A stretch of DNA of 63,421 nucleotides from an uncultured Planctomycetia bacterium (lineage in GTDB: Bacteria; Omnitrophota; Gorgyraeia; Pluralincolimonadales; Pluralincolimonadaceae). The DNA is taken from assembly GCA_964650515.1 (NCBI GenBank), contig CAZYUB010000013.1, positions 1-63,421 of the forward strand. Reading direction: 5' to 3'. The stretch's first letter is position 1; each line of letters starts with the position of its first letter. The notes beneath the pieces are model-generated. The model was not told the DNA's origin. It did not search any database and saw only the letters and a program-made list of their open reading frames with translations. The translations under genes and the position numbers were made by a program. This document shows positions 35,647 to 47,152 of this stretch, one piece after another.

Positions 35647-36651
35647 ATGCTGAAAAAGACTGATCTGGAAAAGTTCAATAGCACTATTTCGAGGTTCAGC
35701 GGCGCGAAGGTCCTCGTCGTAGGGGACCTGATACTCGACGAGTTCATCTGGGGCGACTCCTCGAGGATCTCTCCGGAGGCGCCGGTCCCGGTCGTGCTTG
35801 TGGGCAGGGAATCGATGATGCCCGGCGGCGCGGCCAATGTCGCGAGTAATATAAGCGCGATAGGGGCGAAGGCCTACCTTGCCGGCGTGATAGGGCGTGA
35901 CGCGCACGGGCGCCAGCTCGAGACGATATTAAAGCAAAAGGGCGTAGACCTCGAAGGCGTAATATCGGATCCCGAGAGGCCCACGACGCTCAAGACAAGG
36001 GTCGTGGCGCGCCACCAGCAGGTGGTCAGGATAGACCGCGAGAGCGCGAAACCGCTGGCGGAATCGCTGAACAGGGAACTTATAGCATTCATAAAGTCAA
36101 AGATAAAAGAGGTTGACGGTGTCATCATAGAGGACTACGGCAAGGGCGTCGTGACGCCCGGGCTTCTGAAGGAGATCGTCCCCCTCGCGAGAAAGCATAA
36201 GAAGATAATAACCGTAGACCCGAAGGAAGAGCATATTTCGTATTACAAGGGAGTGACGGCCATCACCCCGAACCGCAAAGAAGCGGAAGCCATGGGCGGC
36301 ATAAAGGCGAAGGACGATCCATCGCTGGATAAGCTCGGTAAGTCGTTACTGGAAAGGTTGAAACTGCAGGCGGCGCTTATCACTTTAGGCGAGAACGGCA
36401 TGAGGGTCTTTGAGCGCGGCGGGAAGATAACACAGATACCGACGGTCGCGCAGGAGGTCTTTGACGTCTCGGGCGCAGGCGACACGGTCATCGCCACTTT
36501 TACGGCGGCATTATGCGCCGGCGCGAAGATGATAGAAGCCGCGCATATTTCCAATTTCGCGGGCGGCATAGTGGTCGGGAAGGTCGGCGTCGCGTCGACA
36601 TCCCAGGCCGAGCTGAAAGCCCGCATAAGGGACCACCATTGGCAGCCCTGA
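35647..36651 (+). CDS. rfaE1: D-glycero-D-manno-heptose-7-phosphate kinase (stand-alone HldE kinase half)
   Basis: RISPEAPVPV, PGGAANVA, TPNRKE, DVSGAGDTV. Confidence 0.93.
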   Translation: MLKKTDLEKFNSTISRFSGAKVLVVGDLILDEFIWGDSSRISPEAPVPVVLVGRESMMPGGAANVASNISAIGAKAYLAGVIGRDAHGRQLETILKQKGVDLEGVISDPERPTTLKTRVVARHQQVVRIDRESAKPLAESLNRELIAFIKSKIKEVDGVIIEDYGKGVVTPGLLKEIVPLARKHKKIITVDPKEEHISYYKGVTAITPNRKEAEAMGGIKAKDDPSLDKLGKSLLERLKLQAALITLGENGMRVFERGGKITQIPTVAQEVFDVSGAGDTVIATFTAALCAGAKMIEAAHISNFAGGIVVGKVGVASTSQAELKARIRDHHWQP

Positions 36652-36668
36652 TCCGAGGAGGCATCTGA

Positions 36669-39028
<2,360 letters not shown>

Positions 39029-39031
39029 AAC

Positions 39032-39877
39032 GTGGCTAAGACCGTAGCGATCGGAAAGATAAAGATTGGCGGAGACAACCCGCTGGTCCTGATAGCCGGG
39101 CCGTGCGTAATAGAGAGCGAGTCGTCGGCCGTCAGGCATGCGCGCGCGATAAAGAAGATCGCGGACAGGCTCGATATCCCCTATGTCTATAAGTCCAGTT
39201 ACGACAAGGCGAACAGGACATCGGTCAAATCTTTCCGCGGTCCCGGGCTCGAGAAGGGGCTTAAGGCCTTGAAAGCGGTAAAGGCCGCCGCAGGCGTCCC
39301 GATATTAAGCGACGTGCACTGCAAGGAGGAGCTCGATGCGGCCGCTAAGGTCCTCGACGTAATCCAGGTGCCGGCGTTCCTTTCGAGGCAGACGGATTTT
39401 ATAATCGCTGTGGCAAGGACCGGGAAGGTCGTGAACATAAAGAAGGGCCAGTTCATGGCGCCCTGGGATGTTAAATTCGCAGTGGAAAAAGCGGCGGCGG
39501 CGGGTAACAAGTCGATCATAATAACCGAGCGAGGCGCCAGCTTCGGGTATAACAACCTCGTAAGCGACATGAGGTCGCTCGCGATACTCGGCGAACTCGG
39601 TTATCCGGTCGTTTTCGACGCGACGCATTCCGTGCAATTGCCGGGAGGCCAGGGGGAGTCGTCGGGCGGCGAAAGCAGGTTCATACCGGTCCTGGCGCGC
39701 GCGGCCGTGGCCGCGGGATGCGACGGCCTCTTCCTTGAGGTCCACGAGGACCCGAGGTGCGCTCTCTGCGACGGCCCGAACTCGGTCGCGCTGAAAGACC
39801 TCGAGGAGCTCCTTATTACGGTAAAGGAGATACACGAGACAGTAAAAGATAATGCGGGCAAGGGGAGGCGCAAATGA
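39032..39877 (+). CDS. kdsA: Kdo-8-phosphate synthase
   Basis: AGPCVIE, KANRTS, QVPAFLSRQTD, DATHSVQLPGG. Confidence 0.97.
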   Translation: MAKTVAIGKIKIGGDNPLVLIAGPCVIESESSAVRHARAIKKIADRLDIPYVYKSSYDKANRTSVKSFRGPGLEKGLKALKAVKAAAGVPILSDVHCKEELDAAAKVLDVIQVPAFLSRQTDFIIAVARTGKVVNIKKGQFMAPWDVKFAVEKAAAAGNKSIIITERGASFGYNNLVSDMRSLAILGELGYPVVFDATHSVQLPGGQGESSGGESRFIPVLARAAVAAGCDGLFLEVHEDPRCALCDGPNSVALKDLEELLITVKEIHETVKDNAGKGRRK

Positions 39878-40830
39878 TAAAGCGCGCGAAAGAGGTCCTG
39901 AGGATAGAGGCGGCCGCGGTGTCGTCTCTTATACGCAGGATAGATAAAAATTTCGAGAAGGCGGTCAGGGCAGTCCTCGCGTGCAAGGGAAAGCTCGTCG
40001 TGACGGGCATGGGAAAACCGGGTTTCATAGGCGCGAAGATATCGGCCACCCTCTCGTCGACGGGGACGCCGAGCCTTTACCTGCACCCGGCCGACGCCAT
40101 ACACGGCGACCTCGGCAGGGTAACGAAGGACGATGTCGTGCTCGCGATATCGAACTCAGGTGAGACCGAGGAGATAATAAGGCTCCTGCCGACGCTGAAG
40201 AAGATCAGCACGAGGATAATAGCCATGACCGGCAACAGGGATTCGACCCTCGCCAGGCACAGCGACGTCGTGCTGGATGTCGCGGTAAAGAAAGAGGCGT
40301 GCCCTCTCAACCTCGCGCCGACCGCTTCGACGACCGCGATGCTCGCGATGGGCGACGCGCTTGCTGTCGCGCTGCTGGACCGCAGGGGATTCAGGCGGGA
40401 GGATTTCGCGCTATACCACCCGGGCGGCTCGCTCGGAAAACGGCTTATACTGAAGGTCGAGGACATAATGAGGAAGGGGAAGGCGAACCCGGTCGTCGGC
40501 GCCGACATGAAGATCAAAGACGTGCTGCTGAGGATCACGGGCGCGCGCGCGGGTTCGGCGAGCGTCGTGGACAAAAAAGGCATGTTGGCCGGGATATTCA
40601 CCGACGGGGACCTCCGCAGGCACCTCGGCACGGATCCGTTGCTCTCTCTCAAGCCGGTAAAGCAGGTCATGACGAAGAATCCCGTGACGATCTCCAAGGA
40701 TATGCTCGCCGCGGACGCTTTCCGCATACTGCAGGAGAAGAGGATAGACGAGATCCCGGTTGTCGACAAGTTGAAGAGGCCTATAGGCCTCGTGGACGTC
40801 CAGGACCTGCTGAAGGCGGGGCTCGTATAA
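39874..40830 (+). CDS. kdsD: Arabinose-5-phosphate isomerase (SIS plus 2 CBS)
   Basis: GMGKPG, HGDLG, LAPTASTT, HPGGSLG. Confidence 0.95.
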   Translation: MIKRAKEVLRIEAAAVSSLIRRIDKNFEKAVRAVLACKGKLVVTGMGKPGFIGAKISATLSSTGTPSLYLHPADAIHGDLGRVTKDDVVLAISNSGETEEIIRLLPTLKKISTRIIAMTGNRDSTLARHSDVVLDVAVKKEACPLNLAPTASTTAMLAMGDALAVALLDRRGFRREDFALYHPGGSLGKRLILKVEDIMRKGKANPVVGADMKIKDVLLRITGARAGSASVVDKKGMLAGIFTDGDLRRHLGTDPLLSLKPVKQVMTKNPVTISKDMLAADAFRILQEKRIDEIPVVDKLKRPIGLVDVQDLLKAGLV

Positions 40831-40833
40831 CCG

Positions 40834-41334
40834 ATGGACATCTCCGATAAGGCGAAAAAGATAAAGCTCCTTGTCCTTGACGTCGACGGGGTCATGACCG
40901 ACGGCAGGGTGTATTACGACGATTTCGGCGACCAGCTGAAGGCGTTCGACATACAGGACGGCTACGGGCTTACGCTCTGGTGGAAGGCGGGGCTTAAGTC
41001 CGCGATCATAACCGCGAAGAGATCGCGCATCGTGTCGCGGCGCGCGAAGGCCTGCCATATCGATAAGGCCTTTATGGGCGCGCGCGACAAAGGCGCGGAA
41101 TACGAGAAGTTGCTCAGGATTTTCAAGGTCACCGACGAAGAGGCCTGTTTCATAGGTGACGACCTTATAGACTTGCCTGTCATGAGGCGGGCCGGACTGG
41201 CTGTCGCGGTCCCCTACAGCCGCCCTGAACTCAAAGCCATATCCCACTACACCACCCTTGCTGAAGGCGGTCGCGGGGCGATAAGGGAGATCGTCGAGAT
41301 CATCCTGAAAGCCCAGTCCAAATGGCACAGTTGA
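40834..41334 (+). CDS. kdsC: Kdo-8-phosphate phosphatase
   Basis: LDVDGVMTDG, GDDLID, GGRGAIRE. Confidence 0.95.
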   Translation: MDISDKAKKIKLLVLDVDGVMTDGRVYYDDFGDQLKAFDIQDGYGLTLWWKAGLKSAIITAKRSRIVSRRAKACHIDKAFMGARDKGAEYEKLLRIFKVTDEEACFIGDDLIDLPVMRRAGLAVAVPYSRPELKAISHYTTLAEGGRGAIREIVEIILKAQSKWHS

Positions 41335-41359
41335 CAAAAAAAATCTCCTAACGTATACT
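41331..41359 (+). promoter_or_regulatory. sigma70 promoter of pilus/T2SS cluster with A8 tract in spacer
   Basis: TTGACA-17-TATACT; A run 41336-41343. Confidence 0.8.
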
Positions 41360-41382
41360 ATGATTCAATAAAAGGAGAAACG

Positions 41383-43083
41383 ATGCCGAAAAGAGAGAAA
41401 AAATCTCTCGGGGAAGCGCTCGTCGAACTCGGCCTCATAGATGCCGGGAAGCTCAAAAAGGCGAAATCGGAGGTCGAGAAGACCAAGGAGCCGCTTCGGC
41501 GAGTTCTCGTGAAACTCGGTATGGTGGACGAGGACGCCATACTCTCCTTTTTTGAAGGGCAGATGGGCATCCCGCGAATAGATTTCTCCAATTATATCCT
41601 CGACCCGAAGGTAGTCGAGCTCCTCCCGGAAACATTCTGCAGGAAAAATTCCGTGCTCCCGCTTTTCAAGATCGCCGATACGCTGACGATCGCGATGACC
41701 GACCCGATGGACGTATTCGCGATAGACGAGGTCCGCGCGAGGACAAGGTGCGAGGTCGAGCCGGTAGTCGTCTCGGATAAGGACCTCCAGCGCGTCTTCG
41801 ACCAGTATTACGGCGCTAAGGGCACGATGGACGATATCGTGAAGTCGATCGACAAGGAAAAGTTTTCCGCGAAGGAAGGGGCGGAATCGGAGCTGAAGGC
41901 GCTCGAAGGGCTCGTCGAGGAAGCGCCGGTAGTCCGGCTCGTGAACCTCGTCGTAATGGAAGCCCTTAAAGCCGGGGCGTCGGACATACATATCGAGCCG
42001 GAAGAGGAGAGCCTGCTGACAAGATACAGGATAGACGGCGTCCTGCATGAGGTCGTCTCTCCCCCGAAGAACCTGCAGGCGGCGGTCATATCGCGAATAA
42101 AGATATTGTCCGGCATGAACATCGCAGAGCGCAGGATACCCCAGGACGGCAGGTTCCAGCTTAAGATAGAGAACCGCCAGATAGATTGCAGGGTTTCCAC
42201 GATACCGACCGTATACGGCGAGAACGTGGTGATAAGGCTGCTCGACCTCAACAGCGTCCTGCTCGGGCTGAGCGACCTGGGTTTTTCGAAGGATGACCTC
42301 GCGGTATACGAAAAGCTCATACACAAGCCGTACGGCATCATACTCGTGACCGGGCCGACCGGCTCGGGAAAGACGACCACGCTCTATTCGTCGCTAAGCA
42401 CTATAAACTCCCCCGAAAAGAATATCGTCACTATAGAGGACCCTATCGAATACCGCCTCCATATGGTCCGGCAGATGCAGATAAACCCGAAGGCGGGGCT
42501 GACGTTCGCGAGCGGCCTGCGCTCGATATTGCGCCAGGACCCCGACATCGTGATGGTGGGCGAGATCCGCGACCTCGATACCGCGGAGGTCGCCATACAA
42601 GCCGCCCTGACGGGCCACCTAGTCCTGAGCACTCTGCATACGAATGACGCGCCCGGCGCGATAACCCGCCTGATCGACATGGGGCTCGAGCCGTTCCTCG
42701 TGTCATCGTCGATAACCGGCGTGATCGCGCAGCGGCTCGTGCGGCTCATCTGCCCCGATTGCAAGAAGGAATATAAGCCCTCGGACAAGGTCCTCGAGGA
42801 CGTCGGAATGATCTCGTACAGGGACAGCGTCAAATTTTACCACGGGAATGGCTGCGACAAATGCATGCATACCGGCTACAGGGGCAGGATAGGCATATTC
42901 GAGCTGATGGTGCCCAGCGACGAGATACGCGGGCTGACCGTTTCTAAGGCCTCCATGTCGGAGATAAGGAAGGCCGCGCTTAAGGCGGGCATGAAGACGA
43001 TGCAGCAGGACGGCCTCGAAAAAGTCAAGGCAGGCAAGACGACACTGGAAGAGGTCATGCGCGTCACCCAGCAGGAAGAGTAG
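41383..43083 (+). CDS. pilB: T2SS/T4P assembly ATPase (GspE/PilB)
   Basis: MshEN-like N-terminus, GPTGSGKTTT, LRQDPD, CPDC...CDKC. Confidence 0.92.
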   Translation: MPKREKKSLGEALVELGLIDAGKLKKAKSEVEKTKEPLRRVLVKLGMVDEDAILSFFEGQMGIPRIDFSNYILDPKVVELLPETFCRKNSVLPLFKIADTLTIAMTDPMDVFAIDEVRARTRCEVEPVVVSDKDLQRVFDQYYGAKGTMDDIVKSIDKEKFSAKEGAESELKALEGLVEEAPVVRLVNLVVMEALKAGASDIHIEPEEESLLTRYRIDGVLHEVVSPPKNLQAAVISRIKILSGMNIAERRIPQDGRFQLKIENRQIDCRVSTIPTVYGENVVIRLLDLNSVLLGLSDLGFSKDDLAVYEKLIHKPYGIILVTGPTGSGKTTTLYSSLSTINSPEKNIVTIEDPIEYRLHMVRQMQINPKAGLTFASGLRSILRQDPDIVMVGEIRDLDTAEVAIQAALTGHLVLSTLHTNDAPGAITRLIDMGLEPFLVSSSITGVIAQRLVRLICPDCKKEYKPSDKVLEDVGMISYRDSVKFYHGNGCDKCMHTGYRGRIGIFELMVPSDEIRGLTVSKASMSEIRKAALKAGMKTMQQDGLEKVKAGKTTLEEVMRVTQQEE

Positions 43084-43086
43084 ACG

Positions 43087-44301
43087 ATGCCGAATTTCCG
43101 TTATAAGGCTAGGGACCAGGCGGGCAAGCTCGTGGAAGGCGCGATGGAGTCTGCCACCGAGCACGAGCTGGCCGACAAACTGCGCAAGATGGGATACGTC
43201 GTCACGGGCGTCTGGCCGGCGGCGGGCAGCGTCTCCCTGGGGGAGATACTCGGCGGTTTCAACAGGATAAGCGTCGAAGATACGATCTTCTTTAATATAC
43301 AGCTTTCTAACATGCTCGACGCGGGGCTCCCCCTGCTCACATGCCTCAATTCGATATCGCTGCAGGCGGAGAACAGGCAGATAAAGAAGGTGATATCCGA
43401 CGTCGGGCTTAAGGTAGAGACAGGCCTCTCCCTTTCCGAAGCGATGGCAAGCCACCCGGGCGTGTTTTCACGCCTTACGATAAGCATGGTGAAAGCCGGG
43501 GAGGCGAGCGGAAACCTGCCTATCGTGCTCAAGAGATTGGCGGATTTCGGGGAGAGCGAACTGGACCTGAGGCAGAAGGTCAGCTCGGCGCTCATATACC
43601 CGGCCATACTTACGCTTGCCTCTTCCGCCGCGGTGATATTCATTGTCACGTCTGTTATCCCGAAATTCGCGGAGATCTTCAACAAGTTCCATGTCCAGCT
43701 TCCGCTGATAACGCGGATGCTCAACTCTGCGGGGATCGCGCTAAGGGATTATTGGCATCTCTACGCCCTGGCGGCGCTGGCCATTGCCCTTGCCGCGCGA
43801 ATATACGTGAATACCGGAATCGGCAGGCTGCAGTTCGACCAGTTGAAGCTCTCGCTTCCGGTAATAGGCCCGCTCATGAGGAAGGCCGCCATATCGCGCG
43901 CCGGGCGCACCCTTGCCACGCTCTTCTCGAGCGGCGTGCCTATACTCGAATCGCTCGAGATACTCGAGGGCACTATCGGCAACGAGGTCCTCGCCCGCGT
44001 AATGGCGACAGTCCGCGAGGCGGTGCGCGGGGGCAGTAAGATCTCGGAACCGCTTAAAGTCAGCGGGGAGTTCCCGCCCGACACTATACAGATGATCGCG
44101 GCAGGCGAAGAGACCGGCAACCTTGACGTTATGCTTAACAAGGTCGCCGACCTTTACGATTCGGCCGTCGCTTACAGCATAAAAAAACTTACGGCATTCC
44201 TTGAGCCTGCGTTCCTGTTGATAATGGGTTCCGTCGTGGCCGTCATCATGGCCTCGACTCTAATACCGATGTTCGACCTGATAAAAATACTCAGGCGATA
44301 A
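43087..44301 (+). CDS. pilC: Inner-membrane platform protein (GspF/PilC)
   Basis: Two T2SSF domains, GEASGNL, GEETGNLD. Confidence 0.92.
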   Translation: MPNFRYKARDQAGKLVEGAMESATEHELADKLRKMGYVVTGVWPAAGSVSLGEILGGFNRISVEDTIFFNIQLSNMLDAGLPLLTCLNSISLQAENRQIKKVISDVGLKVETGLSLSEAMASHPGVFSRLTISMVKAGEASGNLPIVLKRLADFGESELDLRQKVSSALIYPAILTLASSAAVIFIVTSVIPKFAEIFNKFHVQLPLITRMLNSAGIALRDYWHLYALAALAIALAARIYVNTGIGRLQFDQLKLSLPVIGPLMRKAAISRAGRTLATLFSSGVPILESLEILEGTIGNEVLARVMATVREAVRGGSKISEPLKVSGEFPPDTIQMIAAGEETGNLDVMLNKVADLYDSAVAYSIKKLTAFLEPAFLLIMGSVVAVIMASTLIPMFDLIKILRR

Positions 44302-44318
44302 AAAAAGGAGGAAGCAAG

Positions 44319-44753
44319 ATGAGGAAAGGGTTCACGCTTATAGAGTTGCTGATAGTCATCATGGTCATCGCGATACTTATCGGGATAGCCCTGCCGAGGT
44401 TCCGCGGCATGCAGGAGGAAGGCAATATCGCGAAAGCGAAGGGTGAGCTCGTCACGCTGCAGGCGGCGGTGGAGAGCTATTACATGCACAACAACAACAC
44501 TTACCCGGCCGCGCTCGCGAACCTCACGACCGCGACCCCGCAGATCGTGGACGCGACGCTTCCCGAAGACCCGTTCAACGTCGGCAATGATTACGGTTAC
44601 GCGCAGTCCCCGGACGGCAGGTATTATGTCCTCTACTCCGTAGGGACCGGCGGCAACGGAAGCGCGTCCGTAGCGAATACCGGCGTAATAACGGAGACGA
44701 ACGGGACGAGCTGTATATATGTATCGAACGCGGGACGCGATACGCAGCCCTAA
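44319..44753 (+). CDS. Major (pseudo)pilin, GspG-like
   Basis: KG|FTLIELL class III signal; LPEDPF...YGY...YVLYSVG. Confidence 0.88.
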   Translation: MRKGFTLIELLIVIMVIAILIGIALPRFRGMQEEGNIAKAKGELVTLQAAVESYYMHNNNTYPAALANLTTATPQIVDATLPEDPFNVGNDYGYAQSPDGRYYVLYSVGTGGNGSASVANTGVITETNGTSCIYVSNAGRDTQP

Positions 44754-44754
44754 C

Positions 44755-45114
44755 GTGCGCAACAAAAAAGGCTTCACGCTTCTTGAAGTCCTGTTGGCCG
44801 TTGTCCTCATGGCCGGCGGTTTCATAGCCCTGTCACAGGCGGTCGTGACAGGGCTTTTTGTCACCGGCGGCAGCGAGCAGGAGCTCACGGCCGCGAACCT
44901 CGCTCAGGAGCGCATGGAGGACATAAGGAACACGGCATACGCGTCCGTTACGGACGAAGCGCGCGCCCCGGTCGCCGGTTTCACGTCATACGAGAGGGAA
45001 GTGGTCGTCACGACCCCGCTGGCAAGCTTGAAGCAGGTCAACGTTACCGTATATTGGCAGTCGAAATCGGATGAATTGAGCTTCAGCCTGGTGACATATG
45101 TCTCGGACATATAG
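44755..45114 (+). CDS. Minor pilin (GspI/PilV-like)
   Basis: GTG start; KG|FTLLEVL; KQVNVTVYW. Confidence 0.85.
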   Translation: MRNKKGFTLLEVLLAVVLMAGGFIALSQAVVTGLFVTGGSEQELTAANLAQERMEDIRNTAYASVTDEARAPVAGFTSYEREVVVTTPLASLKQVNVTVYWQSKSDELSFSLVTYVSDI

Positions 45115-45637
45115 AAGTCGCGGGTTCACTATAATAGAACTTGTAATATCGGCTTTCCTTGTGGCCGCGCTGCTAGGCGCGGTCGTGATGGTCTATAATT
45201 TCGGTTTCGACGTCTCGTATTCGCAATGGAAACGCACGGGGATAAAAGGGGAGACCTCAAGGGCGGTTTCCTCGCTCTCCGCGGAACTCCGCCGCGCGAC
45301 ATCCGTCGTATCAGGCCAGGCGCTCGAGCGCAGTATCAGGTTTACGGTGGATTACGACGGCAACGGCGCGGAAGAGACGATACAATACACGTGGGACAAT
45401 ACCGCCGGAAACCCCCTGGACAGGACATTCACTTCTACGGTCCCCGTCGTGAATTCAACGGACTCCGTCGTGAATTCCGTCGATTCGATGGCGTTCTCGT
45501 ATTACGACGCGAACGACAACCTGCTCGCGTTCCCGGTCACGGCGTCCCAGGCCAGGGCTGTCGCGGTCACGATAACGGTCACCGACGGCGATGAGACGTT
45601 CACGCTGCGCACGAAGGTAAAATTGAGGAATATCTGA
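45098..45637 (+). CDS. Minor pilin (GspJ/PilW-like)
   Basis: RG|FTIIELV class III signal. Confidence 0.85.
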   Translation: MSRTYRSRGFTIIELVISAFLVAALLGAVVMVYNFGFDVSYSQWKRTGIKGETSRAVSSLSAELRRATSVVSGQALERSIRFTVDYDGNGAEETIQYTWDNTAGNPLDRTFTSTVPVVNSTDSVVNSVDSMAFSYYDANDNLLAFPVTASQARAVAVTITVTDGDETFTLRTKVKLRNI

Positions 45638-45640
45638 CAA

Positions 45641-47152
45641 ATGCGAAATACGCGCGGCGCCGGGTCGCTGCTGATACTCGTATTCCTGCTGATGGTATCG
45701 ATGAGCCTTTTTGTCGCGGGGCTCATGTTCATCGCGTCGCACGAGATACGCGATACCGCGTTCGGCGCGAACGATTACCGGCTCCTGCACCTGGCGGATG
45801 CCGGCGTTGACAGGGCCATCAGGCAGCTGCGCGCGGACTATCTTACCTCTACACAGACGGGCGAGGCGGACCTCCGCGGCGCGGATACCTCATTATGCTC
45901 GAGCATAGGCAACCAGGCCCGGTTATCGTATATAGATGACAGCAGTGCCACAATAAACAATAACGGCGACCTGGCGATAATCAGGACCTTCGATTCGAAC
46001 TATACCCAGGCCCGCATAATATCCGTCACGTATTTCGTGAGGGCGAGCCGGGCGACCGGCGGCACGGGCGCCACCATGCAGGCCTCGTACACTACCGACG
46101 GCTCGACCTATACTACGGTAATAACCCAGGCCCTTCCGAACAGCACGACGCTCGTTAATTATTCCGCGGATATAACCGGAGGCCTCGACTGGGACGATAT
46201 AATGAGCGGGAATTTCAGGCTGCGCGTGGTCAGGACCGCGGGGAACAGGAATATAAACCTCGATGCGCTCTGGATAAGGGTCGAGTACGAAATAGATACC
46301 AATACGGAGACGTGGTTTGACGGTTCATACGCAAGCTTTCCCGTTGCTCTCGGTGATGGGAGCATCCAGTCCGTATCCATAACCGATGAATCCGGCAAGG
46401 TCCATTTAAATTACGCGACGCAGGGATTGTTAAGGTATCTCATGCAGGAGCGCGGTGTCGCGAGCGGCACCGCCAATACTGTCGCGACAAATATCGTCAA
46501 TTACCGGGGAGCGGCGCTCACGGACCCGTTCGATTCCGTCGAGGAATTACAGCGCGTCACCGGCATGACGCAGGCGATATATGACGCGATAAAAGACTAC
46601 GTGACGGTGTATTCCTACGTCAACCCGTATTCATACAGGCCGCCGGCCTCCGGGACAACATCGCGCGCCCCGATAAATGTCAATACCGCGCCCCGGGAGG
46701 TCCTTGAGGCGGTCTTCGACAACCTTTCGCTCGGCGCAACCGACGCCGCGAGTTTGGCCACCGACATAATCAACGCGCGCGCGTCGAACCCGTTCACGTG
46801 TTTCTACCATTGGGATACCGCCGTGACAACGGACCTCTACGGCCTTATTACGACGCGCGCTTACCTGAGCACAAGCGGTAATCCGGACGAGCGTGACAGG
46901 GTCCTTGATACCTCCGACGCGTCGTCGCTTATCCCCATCAGCGGCTCGGCCTCATATACGAACCCGGCCGCAGAATTTTGTTACGCTACGCAGGCATTTG
47001 AGGTACAATCTGTAGGTAGGTCGCTCGGTATCGACTTCAGGGTCACGACGAAAGTTAAGGACGATCCGCGCGATACGGGTAACATAAGGACATTTTATAA
47101 TTATACGGGCGACACGACGGCGATAGGCCACCGCAGGGAAAATTACGAATGA
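45641..47152 (+). CDS. GspK/PilX-like tip pilin with inserted beta-sandwich domain
   Basis: RG|A signal without E5; DESGKVHLN, FDSVEEL and INVNTAPREVL GspK/HhH motifs. Confidence 0.82.
   Translation: MRNTRGAGSLLILVFLLMVSMSLFVAGLMFIASHEIRDTAFGANDYRLLHLADAGVDRAIRQLRADYLTSTQTGEADLRGADTSLCSSIGNQARLSYIDDSSATINNNGDLAIIRTFDSNYTQARIISVTYFVRASRATGGTGATMQASYTTDGSTYTTVITQALPNSTTLVNYSADITGGLDWDDIMSGNFRLRVVRTAGNRNINLDALWIRVEYEIDTNTETWFDGSYASFPVALGDGSIQSVSITDESGKVHLNYATQGLLRYLMQERGVASGTANTVATNIVNYRGAALTDPFDSVEELQRVTGMTQAIYDAIKDYVTVYSYVNPYSYRPPASGTTSRAPINVNTAPREVLEAVFDNLSLGATDAASLATDIINARASNPFTCFYHWDTAVTTDLYGLITTRAYLSTSGNPDERDRVLDTSDASSLIPISGSASYTNPAAEFCYATQAFEVQSVGRSLGIDFRVTTKVKDDPRDTGNIRTFYNYTGDTTAIGHRRENYE

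Noticed and set aside
45444-45477. 13-bp direct repeat CCGTCGTGAATTC at 21-bp spacing in a minor pilin
   Set aside because: In-frame two-copy micro-duplication (VVNS x2); too small to imply a variation mechanism.
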